From Octopus sinensis (lineage: Eukaryota): a stretch of 64,000 nucleotides of DNA. The DNA is taken from contig NC_043011.1 in assembly GCF_006345805.1 (NCBI RefSeq), positions 31,756,464-31,820,463 on the forward strand, written 5' to 3'. Shown here piece by piece: positions 12,171 through 24,902 of this stretch (position 1 is the stretch's first letter; the number at the start of each line of letters is the position of its first letter). Below the pieces are notes generated by a model, which saw nothing but the letters and a program-made list of their open reading frames with translations, had not been told where the DNA came from and ran no database searches. Both the position numbers and the translations under genes were made by a program.

Positions 12171-13669
12171 ATTTTAAAGCTAATTAGAAAAACTAACAAA
12201 ATATAACTTCACTTTCTCTCCCTTTTTTTTTTTCTTTTTTTCCTTTTTTTTTTAATGTCCTTTTTAACAACTGTGGTTAATTACTTCAAAACTAATAACT
12301 AGAAAAGAGTTGCATTAGTATCCTCACTTCTTGTTTAAATAAATATTAGTTACAAAACCTAAACAAATGGTGTAACATACTGGACCGAATTGAACTGCTA
12401 TCTGAATGGATTGTGGGAAATCTTGTATATTTAATTGGTTGCTAACTTTTATTGTTACCGACTGCCATCTTTCTATGATCAAAATTCATTTCAATTACAT
12501 ACTTTGGATGAAACCTGAAGTGCAAGTTCAAATTTAGATTCTTCTCAATGAGCTTTTAACATAACGACACACACATGCGGTGTGTGTGCATGACTGTTTG
12601 GGTATGGGTGTGTGTCATTATATATATATATACATATATATGTATAAATGTGTATGTATATATAAATATATATACACTCACACACAGATGTATCTACTGG
12701 TATCATACTGCTCATAATGCTGCATTACAATTTAAAAGTTCATTTACTATGAGAGTGTATGTGTGTTTGTGTGTGTGTGTGTGCATGATCAAATGAAATT
12801 ATACATAAACATTTGGGCATAAGTGAAAAACAAAAAGGAGGGGAAAAAACCCCAAGAGATTTGAAGTGAGAATTGAACTACCGACTTTTTTGATTCTGGC
12901 ACTATATGATCCGATGTTACTATCTTTTCAGATCCATCTGCTTATGTATGCTTTGATTTGAATATATGTAAATACATTTATCGGATGACGTGTGTGTGAG
13001 AATGTGTATGTGTATGCTGGGTGTGGGTGTGTGTGTGCGCATTTGCGTGAGTATGGGTGTTTGTCTGCAATGCAGCCCCTCTATGTGTATTATTACTGAC
13101 TTCTTTCTATTGAGTCGGATGAAGATGGTTGACTACAGTGAAGCTTATCGTATAACACCATGACCTGCCCCTATTGTTGACAGCCCTCTGCTAGCTAGCT
13201 TCATTACAACTCTACTAACCATACACACACACACACATACATATCTTTGCTTCCTGGCTGATACCTGTGGCTTGACACTAAATCTTATTTTAAAACACGA
13301 TGCAGCTAAATATGAAAAGGCTCAATAAGATGATAAAAAATAGCAGAGCTGGAGACATGTTGCCTTGTGGTGTTAAGCCACATCCTTTTATCATCTAATT
13401 TCAAAACCTGCTGTGGCTGATTTTGTCTTTCATCCTCTTATGGGGGAGAATCAATGAAATAAGTACCAGTAATATACTGTCTGTCAATTGGTTATACGTC
13501 CTCTCCTATAGATTTAGATGTTGTGTTTGGCAGATGATAGGCTTCTGGACATACTTAAGTGTACTGGAGTAGGCATTGCTTTTTTTTTTTTTTCTCCAGG
13601 ATTAATTAAATCAACTATTACACCATCCACTATAATTTGTGGCTTTGTGCCAAAGTTAAAAACCGTTAT

Positions 13670-14330
13670 TAAGGTGGCAAGCTGGCAGAATTGTTAGTGT
13701 GTCCAATTAAATGTTTAGCAGCATTTTGTCTGGCTTTACATTCTGAATTAAAATTCCTTTTGGGATCGATAGAATAACTACCTGTCAGGTATTGGGGGAT
13801 CAGTGTAATTGATTACCCCCCCCCCCACTAATATTTGCTGGCTTTGTGCCAAAATTAGAAAGAATTATAATTATTATTATTATTGGATAGAGAGTTTTTG
13901 TTCTTTGCATTCTTCTGAATTGAAATCTTGCCGAGGTCAACTTTGCCTTTCACCCTGTTGGGATAAAATAAAACAACAGTGAAATACTGAGATTGATAGT
14001 ATCAACTAAGTCTCCATTCCCCAAATTTCAGGCCTTGTGCCCATGTTAGAAACAATTATCTGTGGATTGGCATAAATAGGTAAAATGATAGACTGATACA
14101 CCTTGCAATATTTTATGTATCTTTAAGGCGGCGAGCTGGCAGAAACATTAGCATGCCGGGCGAAATGCTTAGCGCTATTTCATCTGTCTACGTTCTGAGT
14201 CCAAATTCTGCCAAAGTGGACTTTGCCTTGCATCTTTTTGGGGTCGATAAATTAAGTACCAGTTGCGTACTGGGGTCGATCTAATCGACCCCCCCGCTCC
14301 AAAATGTCAAGCCTTGTGCCTAGAATAGAG
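13670..14330 (+). mobile_element. Cluster of SINE family 3 copies
   Basis: AAGGTGGCAAGCTGGCAGAA at ~13671 and AAGGCGGCGAGCTGGCAGAAAC at ~14126, each with the GGGGTCGATAAATTAAGTACCAG domain. Confidence 0.7.
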
Positions 14331-15499
14331 TAGAATATTTTATGTATCTTTGTGGTTTAAGGTCAATAAGATGAAGTACCTGTTTAATTTAATATACAAC
14401 CTGATTAAATTGATTATATCCTTCAATGAGTCATTAAAAAACTGAGTCTGCAACATGAACTTGGTTCTCTGTTGGAATCATTGAGCTTCATTTCTGTCTC
14501 CTAGTTATGATGAAAATCTCTCTCTCTCTCTCTCTCTCTCTTGCCAGTGGAACAAAATATCTGAGATCATGGTTATCTATAAAAAATTCTTAAGCTTAAT
14601 GGTGTTGCAGGAGGTTCTTGAGCAACTATTCACTAATGCTCTGCTGGAAAGGCATGATTATCACAGCTTCCAGTTCCTTTTCTCTATATATAACTTTAAA
14701 GGCAACATTTAACATTATAGTGTGTGTGTGTGTCAGCAGGTGAAGCCAGCCAAAATGTCGTCAATAGTTTTTAGTTGTTCCACCTACAGAGGAGGTAAGG
14801 CAAGTTACATGGCTGTCACAATATGTCAGGTCGGTCATTCAACTGGAAAAGAAAATTAAAACAAACAAAAAATTCGTGGCCACTGCATCTATCAGAAGGG
14901 AGGCCACCTAAAGAATCCAAAAACAAAAATACAAAATCAGTTATTAGCCATTATTATTATTATTATTACTATTATCACCATCATTACTATCATTAATTAT
15001 CATTATTATTATTACTACTACTATTTTTATTATTACTATTATTTGTTTTCATTCTCATTTTTTCTGTACAAAGCTACAAAATTATGCAAAATAAAGTGAT
15101 ATTTATCCTTATATGCTGTAAACAACTTGCAGTTTTTATTTTGTAATGCATATATTAAAGCATATTCTTCAAAAAGGACATTGTTTTTGTTTACTTCAGT
15201 GTGGATATATATATATACAGGTTTTAAAATCTGGTTTCAGGTAGCACTGTTTTTATTTTCATAAAGTATCTAATTGTAGAGTGTCAATGTCTATTTTGGT
15301 CATCTTTTCTTCACATCTCAGAAAACACAACTCCAGTGCACATTATAATAGTGTCTTGTAACCCCAGTCATTGAAATGCTTTGTGTGAGGATAAACTGTA
15401 ACAGCTGATTTCTGCGGGGCCCAGATAAGGGGGTGTGAGTTTGGTTGTATAATCTAAAAAAAACCCACATGTTCATAATAATTATAGTGTTGAGACCTG

Positions 15500-16350
15500 A
15501 CTCTGTGGCTAAAATGCTTGCTTCCCAACTATGTGGTCTAGGGTTTGGTCCCACTGCAACACTTGGCAAATGTCTTCTACTATGGCCCTGGGCAAAGCCT
15601 TGTGAGTGAATTTGGTTGACGAAAACTGAAAGAAGCCTGTTGTGGTTATATCTCTATGTATTTGTGTTTATCCTCCACTGCTTGACTACTGGTGTTGGTT
15701 TATTTACATCCCTGCAACCTAGCAGTTTGGCAAAAGAGACAACTGAAGTACCTGGCTTAGAAATAAAAATGGGTTTGATTTGTTCAACTAAACCTTTCAA
15801 GGCAGTGCCCCAGAATGGCCGCAGTTCAGTAACTGAAACAAGTGAAGCCTGATAACTATTTGTAAATCAAGGAATTCTTATATTTATGGCTTTGTGCCTA
15901 TTTTAGAAATTGCCATTGCAGCATTTTCTTAGAACCTGTTTTGCTGACGATTACAATAATTAATTCCTTCATATTAGGAATTACAGGGTAAAATCCAGTG
16001 CACCCCCCCCCCCTGAAACATGAAGGAGGTGCATGCATAGTAAAAAGTTTGCTTTCTAACCATATGGTTCTGGTTTCAGTCCCACTGTGTGGCACCTTGA
16101 GCAAATGCCTTCTACTGTAGCCTCGGACCAACCAAAACCTTGTAGGTGAGTTTAGGGGACAGAAACTGAAGGAAATTTGTTATGTGTGTGTTCCCCAGTG
16201 TTGGTTTGCTTATGTCCCTATCATGGAGCAGTTCAATAAAAGAGACTGATTGAATAAAAACCAGACTTTAAGAAAAAATAAGAACTGGGATCAATTTGAC
16301 TAAACCCTTCCAGGCAGTGCCCCTATCCAGTGACTGAAACCAATAAAATA
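15500..16350 (+). mobile_element. Two SINE family 1 copies
   Basis: Heads at ~15505 and ~16025; the tails end in GACTGAAAC(A/C)A. Confidence 0.7.
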
Positions 16351-17664
16351 TGTCAGAGGTCTCAACCGTAATTATTATCCTCACTTCATGTCTGTTCTTG
16401 CTGGTATGGGATGGAAAGTTTGACAGGATTCAATGAGCTGCATCAGGCTCCAATATCAGTTTTGGCATGGTGTCTATAACTGAATACCATTCTTAATGCC
16501 AACCACTTTACAGTGTGTATAGGATGCTTTTTTAAAATTTTTTTTTGCCACCAGTGAGGTTGCCAAGTACCTTGCAAGACAATTTACAGTCAAGAAGGCT
16601 ACCATGTAATGACAGCTAATTAAAAACGACAAATAAATAGGCATTACATTTAATGGTATAATCTGAATGGTAATGGTTCAAAGTGATCTAAATGCCATCA
16701 ACTACTAAGTGAGCCACTTACATAATTGATGGCATTTAAACAGTCTTTTGTATCACTTAATATTTTGCTTACATACATGCCGATATGGTGGCCTGGTTAA
16801 CAACTTGCTTTGCAACCATGTAATTTTGCTTTCAGTCCAACCAAGCGGAATCTTGGGCAGGGTGTTTTCTGCTATGGCCCTGGGTGAACCAACCAATTAT
16901 GTTTATCTGTTTCTTGGTGTAAGTGTTTAATGCTTTAGCATTCAATCTGGCCCAAATATTTTATCTGTTTTTGTGTTCAAACCAACCTGATCTGATCTCT
17001 GACACCGACCCTACTATGTTATTCTAAAAATGCCATGGTAATGTTATTGAACTCTCAAAGCTATGAGATAATGCATAATTAATCCAAAACAATAGCAATA
17101 AATAATCTCTACAGTTGACAGAAAAATCGAAAAGCTAAAGGTTTAAAGTGGCCATACATGGCCAAAATATTTTACCTATTCAAATTGGCCAGATTTGGCC
17201 TCTCACACTTACCCTACAATGTCATTCTAAAAATTAACAGTTACTTCATCAAAATCGCAAAGCTACAAAATAAGGTGAATGCTAAAGGGTTAAGTCTTTG
17301 GTTACAAGGGCCTCAGTATTTGTCTTCCTGTCTTGTGACCTGCTTACCAACAAGCACTTCATATCCATTCATTATTCATAACCTTGTGAACTACTGTCAT
17401 TCACAACTTACTACAGGAAATAACGTGAATAAAATTAGAGAATAATATGTTTGTGTGTTATTTTAATTAGTCCATAATTTCACTGAAGTACATGTGCAAC
17501 TGTACGTAACTTGCTATGAATTTCCGTTATGCACAATTAAGAAATATGTAATAGTACAATACTTGAATATAAAACTAGCAGGTTTTCTGCTTTGAATCAA
17601 CAATATTTAATTCTTTAGCATTTACATTACTCTGTCAAATGTAATGCTTATTTATTCACATTCA

Positions 17665-17880
17665 TCATCATCATCATTGTTTAATGTCTTCTTTCCATAC
17701 TGGAATGGATTGGACGGTTTGACATAGAGCTGCCTGTTGAAGCATGGTTTCTACAGATGGATGCCCTTCCTGATGCCAACCATTCAACAGAGTGTGCTGG
17801 GTGCTTTTTATGTGGCACAGGTGTGTTAATGCAGCACTGGCTCAGGTGCTCTTCAAGTGGCACCAGCACCTGAAAGGATA
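17665..17880 (-). mobile_element. SINE family 2
   Basis: CATCATCATTGTTTAATGTC...GGATGCCCTTCCTGATGCCAACCA. Confidence 0.7.
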
Positions 17881-18010
17881 AGCCTCTATGTGTGGAAGAC
17901 AGCGATTTTACTCAAATCATATCTGGCCCCTTGTCATTTCCTCAAAAATCCGTTCTCACTACTTCATTCATTGTTTCGAATTAATCATGCATTATCTCAT
18001 ACCTCTTTTA

Positions 18011-18370
18011 TCTTTTACTTGTTTCAGTCATTTGACTGCGGCCATGCTGGAGCACCGCCTTTAGTCAAGCAAATTGACCTCAGGACTTATTTTTTGGAAG
18101 CCTAGTACTTATTCTATCAGTCTCTCTTGCCGAACTGCTAAGTTACAGGAACGTAAACACACCACCATTGGTTGTCAAGCGATGTTGGAGTGACAAACAC
18201 AGACACACACACATATATACGCTGGGCTTCTTTCAGTTTCCATCTACCAAATCCACTCAAGGCTTTGGTCAGCCCGAGGCTATAGTAGAAGATACTTGCC
18301 CAAGGTGCCATGCAGTGGGAATGAACCCAGAACCATGTGGTTGGTAAGCAAGCTACTTACCACACAGCCA
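18011..18370 (-). mobile_element. SINE family 1, near full length
   Basis: TCTTTTACTTGTTTCAGTCATTTGACTGCGGCC...CTTACCACACAGCCA. Confidence 0.8.
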
Positions 18371-19114
18371 TGATACACAGCCTATGATACCTTCAAGATT
18401 TTTATGATATGATTGTTTATTTTTAGATTATTATGATTGTTTATTGTAGGGTAGGTGTGGGAGACTGGATCTGGCCAGTTTGAACATAAAGCAGGTAAAA
18501 TATTTGGACCAGATACTGCTGGTTTAAAGGTTAAACAATCCTTTTGAAACCAACCAAACAAAAATCACTCCTAGTTCTATGATACTAAATCACTGTCTTA
18601 ATTCTTTAACATTTAAACCAGCCTAATCCAGCACAAATTTTCTGATTGCTTTATGTTGAAACCAACCAAATTCAGTTTTCCTTACCCTCCCTACAAAGGT
18701 ATTCTAAAAAATAAGCAAACACATCATCAAAATACATTATTATTTAAGCTTATGCATTCTTTATGTCATCAAATGCAGAAAATTGTTCATCAAAATTTCT
18801 GGTAAATTTATGTTCTAAACATCAACTTTAAAATGACAAAAGTTATTTTCAAAATTCCTCTCACTTTTTTTTTATTTATTTATCTTTTTTCTCTCACTCG
18901 TTTCACTCATACTAAAATATCACCTTGAAGGAGTTTTGTTGACCAAATTGATCTCGGTTGCTTATTCTGAAGTTGTAGTAATTATTCTTTTAGTCCCTTT
19001 TGTTAAACTGCTAAGTTATGAGGAAACACAAGCCAACACTGGTGTCAAGAAGTGATAGATCAAACACAATACATACATAGATATACACACACACACACAT
19101 ATATATATATATAC

Positions 19115-19147
<33 letters not shown>

Positions 19148-19238
19148 CAAAAGAGGGAGGTGAAAATAGCACAAGTAAATCTAAGACATTTCAATTTAAG
19201 AAGAAATTTAATAAAATGATTTAAAATTATATGAAGAA

Positions 19239-19281
19239 AATATTACTGGTTTCGATGATGAATCTCATCTTATCAAGTATC
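19239..19281 (-). ncRNA. Minimal type I hammerhead motif, U3-A8 core (partly decayed)
   Basis: GAUAC UUGAUAA GAUGA-GAUUCA-UCAUC GAAAC CA GUA AUAUU. Helix II has 5 bp; helix I has one C-A mismatch. Confidence 0.55.
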
Positions 19282-20586
19282 AGTAAAAAATTTATAAAAA
19301 TTTGAAGTAAAAACTGTCTGGGGGTCAAAAAATATATATAATGTGGGCTTCTTTCAGTTTCTGTTCACCAAATCCACTCACAAGGCTTTAGACCACTTTA
19401 AAACAGTGTTTGTATTATAGAACCAAGGATAGTCACAGGCAGGTTGGTATCAAAAGGGCCTCTTTAGAGGGAGTTTTTGTCTCTGAATTGCATTTTAAAT
19501 TTCTATGTTGCACATGTGAGCTTCAACTGTATTGAATCCTTTTGAGATCATATTTCTATTGAAATACGCTATCTTTGGTTTGGTTAATTTTGAAAATAAT
19601 GAAGTATTTAGTAAAATGAATTTATCACCAGATCATATTGGAGCTTGGCGCGACCTCCTGGCCTCCCAGACCCCAGTCGAACCGTCCAACCCATGCCAGC
19701 ATGGAAAACGGACGTTAAACGATGATGATGATGAAGCTGGTGCTTGGAACTGTTCTCATTGTTATCAAAATCTAGATCACTTTAAAATGGTAAGTTTGCA
19801 TCATAGAATCAAGGGCAGGTTGGTATCAAAAGGGTTAGTGTTCCTTTTTCTCTACTGTCATGGCTTGGACGTTTTATCATAAACTGATGAGCCTAAGGGC
19901 TAATCAAAGCTCTAATACCTACTTTGGCATGATTTAGCAATTCACTGAAGTGTATAAAATTAATATAAACAGCAGGTTGCAATGTTTCATATATATATAT
20001 ATATATATACATATATCCACATACACACAAGTTCTCATACTTTCTGTTTTTTATGGTTGATATGTGTGTGTGTTTGTGTATGTATGAAATGAAATTCCAC
20101 ATAGTTTACATTCACCAGGTTTACTTACAAGACATTAGTCAGCCCAGTAACTATAATAGGAGACACTTGCCGAAGGTGTTACTCAGTGCAACTGAACTGA
20201 AAACCAAATGGTTGTAAAGCAAGTTTCTTAACAACACAGCCATGCTTGTGCCGGGTGAGTGAAACTGGTTGGACAGAAGTGTATGGGTGCCCATTAGAGA
20301 GATTGTACCTCTAACTTAAAGGGTCGGCTGTATCACGCACTATGTCAAGCTGATTTGGCTAGGGGTAGGTGTGGCTGTATAGTAAGAAGCTTGCTTCCCA
20401 ACCACATGGTTCCAAGTTCAGTCCCACTGCATGGCACCTTGGGCTTGTGTCTTCTACTATAGCCAAAAGCTGACCAAAGCCTTGTGAATGGATTTGGTGG
20501 ATAGAGACTGAAAGAAGCCTGTTGTATATATATATTTAAACACACATACACACACATGCACATGCACAAACCTTATATATATATAT

Positions 20587-20978
20587 GGAGTGGCTGTGTG
20601 GTAAGTAGATTGCTTACCAACCACATGGTTCTGGGTTCATTCCCACTGCATGGCATCTTGGGCAAGTGTCTTCTACTATAGCCTCGGGCCAACCAAAGCC
20701 TTGTGGGTGGATTTGGTAGACAAAAACTGAAAGAAGCCCATCGTATATATGTGTGTGTATATATATATGTATGTGTGTGTGTGTCTGTGTTTGTCCCCCC
20801 AACATCGCTTGACAACCAATGGTGGTGTGTTTACGTCCCCATTACTTAGCGGTTCAGCAAAAGAGACCGATAGAATAAGTACTAGGCTTCCAAAGAATAA
20901 GTCCTGGGGTTGATTTGCTCGATTAAAGACGGTGCTCCAGCATGGCCACAGTCAAAATGACTGAAACAAGTAAAAGAG
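20587..20978 (+). mobile_element. SINE family 1, full length
   Basis: GGAGTGGCTGTGTGGTAAG head, GGGTTCATTCCC B-box-like motif, central microsatellite, and 3' end GGTGCTCCAGCATGGCCACAGTCAAAATGACTGAAACAAGTAAAAGA. Confidence 0.85.
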
Positions 20979-21724
20979 AAATATATATATATATATATAT
21001 GGTAGTATGTGTATTTACATCTGTGTTTGTCCTCTACCACTGCTTGACAACTGGTATTAGTTTGTTTACATCCCCATAATGTAGCGGTTTGGTAAAAAGA
21101 GATTATAGAATAAGTACCAGGCTTTAAAAAAAAGTACTGGGTTGATTCATTTGACTAACAGTTGTTCAAGGCAGTGCTCCAGCATGGCCTCAATTCCAGT
21201 GATTTTAACTGGCAACTGACACTCCGTCAGTTACAACAATGATGGTTCCAGGTGATCTGATCCACTGACCTGCCTGCTTGTGAAATTAACATGCAAGTAC
21301 ACCACATGTGTACTCTTAGCATAGTTCTCAGGAGATTCAGCATGACACAGAGTGTGACTAGGCTGGCTCTTTGAAATACAGGTACTACTCATTTTTGCCA
21401 GCTGAGTGGGCTGGAGCAATGTGAAATAAAGTGTCTTGCTCAAGGACACAACACACTGTTAGGAATTGAACTCATGACCTTACGATCGTGAGCCAAGTAC
21501 CCTAACCACTAAGCCACAATGACTGAAGCAGATTAAAGATAAATGATTATACATGATTTTTCTGTTGTTGTCAGTTGTGTTATTCAGATTTAAACCCTAC
21601 ATTTCTTTAGCATTTAAACCTGCCATTTCCAGAAAAAAAAAATTCTATCCGTTTTATGTTCAAACCAGCCAAATCCTGCCTCCGACATCTAAACTGCTAT
21701 GTCATTCCAAAAATTAACAATCAC

Positions 21725-22200
21725 ACCAGCGTTGCCTTACTGGCGCTTGTGCCGGTGGCATGTGAAAAAACATTTGAACGAGGTCGTTGCCAGTGCCGCT
21801 GGACTGGCTCCTGTGTGGGTGGGATGTAAAAAGCACTATTTGAGCGTGATTGTTACTTGTGTCACCTTACTGGCACTTGTGCTGGTGGCACATGAAAAAA
21901 CATTCAAGCCAGGTCATTGCCAGTGCCGCTGGACTGGCTCCTGTGCAGGTGACACGTAAAAAAACACCATTTGAGCGTAGCCGTTGCCAGTACCGCCTGA
22001 TTGGCCCTCATGTTGGTGGCATGTAAAAGCACCCACTACACTCTTGGAGTGGTTGGCATTAGGAAGGGCATACAACTGTAGAAACTCTGCCAGATCAGAT
22101 TGGAGCCTGGTGCAGCCATCTGGTTTGCCAGTCCTCAGTCAAATCGTCCAACCCATGCTACCATGGAAAGCAGACGTTTAAACGATGATGATGATGATGA
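21725..22200 (+). mobile_element. SINE family 2 with internal tandem repeats
   Basis: Repeated GCCAGTGCCGCTGGACTGGCTCCTGTG units, the AGGAAGGGCAT domain and a (GAT)n tail. Confidence 0.75.
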
Positions 22201-23039
22201 CATCGTTGAAACATTGAAGCTGCAAGGTAATGCCTGATTAATTCAAAACAAAGGATTAGCATTGCATTTGATCTCAAAATGCTGAACCTTACAAAGGAGA
22301 TGACAGGGGACCGAGATATGTGGCACACTGCTGTACAGAAGGAGACCCACCCACCATAACAGAATTGAGATCCTAAAACCAAAGTGCCACATATAAAGCA
22401 TTGGTGTGGGTGCTGGTGCCATGTGAAAAGCACTGGTGATGATGTTACATAAAAAGCACCCAGTACATTCTGTAACGTGGTTAGCATTGGGAAGGGCATC
22501 AAGCCATAGAAGCCAAGCCGAAACAGACTATGGAGCCTGATATGCCCTCTGGCCTTGCCAGCTCCTGTCAAGCCATCCAACCCATGAAAGCAAGGAAAAT
22601 GGGTGTTTAATGATGATGATAATGATAATGATGTTGAAGATGATTTAACAAGGAGACAGAAGGTCATTTTGTGATCAGTAAAAACTGTTTTGAAATATCT
22701 AAGTATTTTAAGAACAAGCCAGACTGGCTGGAACTGTTCCATTCTACAAAAGTGACAATTGCAGGAAGTTGATGGTATGAAGAGTAAATGGAATGTTATG
22801 CTTCTACATGACTGAGGAAGTGAACTTGTATCACAGCAGACGCTGTTACCAGTATTCTATACAGTTATTTCATGAAAATGTATTTACACACACACATTCT
22901 TAAACAAGGATGTTATTGATAGTGATTTTGTCCAGCTAAACCATTATTGGACAAAAGTATATAGTAATCTATCAAATTAATGTAAAATTGTTTTTTTTTT
23001 ATTATAATTGAACATAAAAACTAGCATTAATATATATGT

Positions 23040-23072
<33 letters not shown>

Positions 23073-23074
23073 TA

Positions 23075-23345
23075 TATTATATTAAATTAGAGACAAAACC
23101 ACTATTATGCAAATCAAAGAAAGAAAGACTTAAGCCAATACATAAAATAATTTATATAAATTAAATTTAATTAAAATAACCACTACGATCATTTCGTGTC
23201 AACACTTCTATGAGACATTCTTCGGGTGGTTTCAAAACCTTCTTTGCAAGTTTTAAACTATGAACTCAAATTACTATAAAATTGGATTCAATCCTAAATC
23301 TGATTTTTCCTGTAAATTTGGATTTATTCCCTAATATTTATTATT
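23075..23345 (-). mobile_element. HHR-bearing Penelope pLTR-like non-coding element, copy 1
   Basis: Shares ATTAGAGACAAAACCACT... and the TACTATAAAATTGGATT..AATCCTAAATCTG tail with 24346-24775; flanked by (TA)n. Confidence 0.6.
23180..23229 (-). ncRNA. Minimal type I hammerhead motif (C4 variant)
   Basis: CCAC CCGAAGA AUGUC-UCAUAGAAGUGUU-GACAC GAAAU GAUC GUA GUGG. Confidence 0.6.
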
Positions 23346-23348
23346 ATA

Positions 23349-23401
<53 letters not shown>

Positions 23402-23451
23402 ATGTATATATTATATATGAATATAAATATATACATATAAATATAAATACA

Positions 23452-23490
<39 letters not shown>

Positions 23491-23493
<3 letters not shown>

Positions 23494-24310
23494 TCATCAT
23501 CATCATCATCATTTAACGTCCGCCTTCCATGCTAGCATGGGTTGGACGGTTCAACTGGGGTCTGGGGAGCCCGAAGGCTGCACCAGGCCAGTCAGATCTG
23601 GCAGTGTTTCTACAGCTGGATGCCCTTCCTAACGCCAACCACTCCGAGAGTGTAGTGGGTGATTTTATGTGCCACCGACACAGGTGCCAGACGAGGCTGG
23701 TGAACGGCCACGCTCGGATGGTGTTTTTATGTGCCACCGACACAGGTGCCAGACGAGGCTGGCGAATGGCCACGCTCGGATGGTGTTTTTATGTGCCACC
23801 GACACAGGTGCCAGACGGGGCTGACGAACGGCCACGATCGGATGGTGTTTCTTACGTGCCCACAGCACGGAGGCCAGTCGATGCGGTACTGGCTACGGCC
23901 ACGTTCGGATGGTTTTCTTGTGTGCCACCGGCACTGGTACCACAAAGATACAAATTCCATTGATGTTCATCTATTTTGATTTGATTTGATTTGATTTTCA
24001 CTTGCCTCAACAGGTCTTCACAAGTGTCACAAGAAGGAAGGTATGCACAGGTGAACTGACAACGTCCCAGGTAGGGGCCACGGGTTATGGCCTGACTAGT
24101 CTTGCCGGGTCTTCGGATGATGTTTTTATGTGTCTCCGACACAGGTGCCAGATGGATGGTGTTTGTTACGTGCCCACAGCACGGAGGCCAGTCGATGCGG
24201 TACTGGCTACGGCCACGTTCGGATGGTTTTCTTGTGTGCCACCGGCACTGGTACCACAAAGATACAAATTCCATTGATGTTCATCTATTTTGATTTGATT
24301 TGATTTGATT
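23491..24310 (-). mobile_element. SINE family 2 with ~58-bp internal tandem array and 3' re-duplication
   Basis: About four TTTATGTGCCACCGACACAGGTGCCAGACG... units (23640-23860); 23840-23995 is repeated at 24154-24309. Confidence 0.8.
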
Positions 24311-24442
24311 TGATATATATATATATATATATATAATATAATATATATATAATATTAATTAGAGACAAAACCACTATTTTGCAAAACAAACAAGGAAAGA
24401 CTTAATCAATACATAAAATTTTAATAAAAAGTAAAAAAACCG

Positions 24443-24483
24443 CCACTACAATTGTTTCATGTCTAATGACAATCTTCAGGTGG
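24443..24483 (-). ncRNA. Minimal type I hammerhead ribozyme, canonical core
   Basis: CCAC CUGAAGA UUGUC-AUUA-GACAU GAAAC AAUU GUA GUGG; predicted cleavage between 24447 and 24446. Confidence 0.75.
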
Positions 24484-24544
24484 ATTTCCGATTTTCAAAT
24501 CAGTTTCAATTTCATAAATTGAAACTGATTTGAAAATCGGAAAT

Positions 24545-24585
24545 CCACCTGAAGATTGTCATTAGACATGAAACAATTGTAGTGG
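24545..24585 (+). ncRNA. Minimal type I hammerhead ribozyme, canonical core
   Basis: CCAC CUGAAGA UUGUC-AUUA-GACAU GAAAC AAUU GUA GUGG; predicted cleavage after 24581. Confidence 0.75.
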
Positions 24586-24774
24586 CGGTTTTTTTACTTT
24601 TTATTTTTTACTTTTTATTAAAATTTTATGTATTGATTAAGTCTTTCCTTGTTTGTTTTGCAAAATAGTGGTTTTGTCTCTAATTAATATTATATAATAT
24701 TTTACTATAAAATTGGATTTAATCCTAAATCTGATTTTTTCCCTGTAAATTTGGATTTATTCCCTAATATTTAT

Positions 24775-24811
<37 letters not shown>

Positions 24812-24833
24812 ATATATATATATATTATATATA

Positions 24834-24902
<69 letters not shown>

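Larger units (their letters stand above)
24346..24696. repeat. Near-perfect 351-bp palindrome (inverted pLTR-like pair)
   Basis: 167-bp arms around a CAT loop (24513-24515), identical except for a 14-nt duplication at 24606-24619. Confidence 0.95.

Noticed and set aside
19884-19915. CUGAUGA GCC-UAAG-GGC
   Set aside because: Not followed by GAAA or a cleavage triplet.
23640-23860. Regularly spaced repeats resembling a CRISPR array (also 37560-37940)
   Set aside because: Units are contiguous with no unique spacers, lie inside a eukaryotic SINE, and there are no cas genes.
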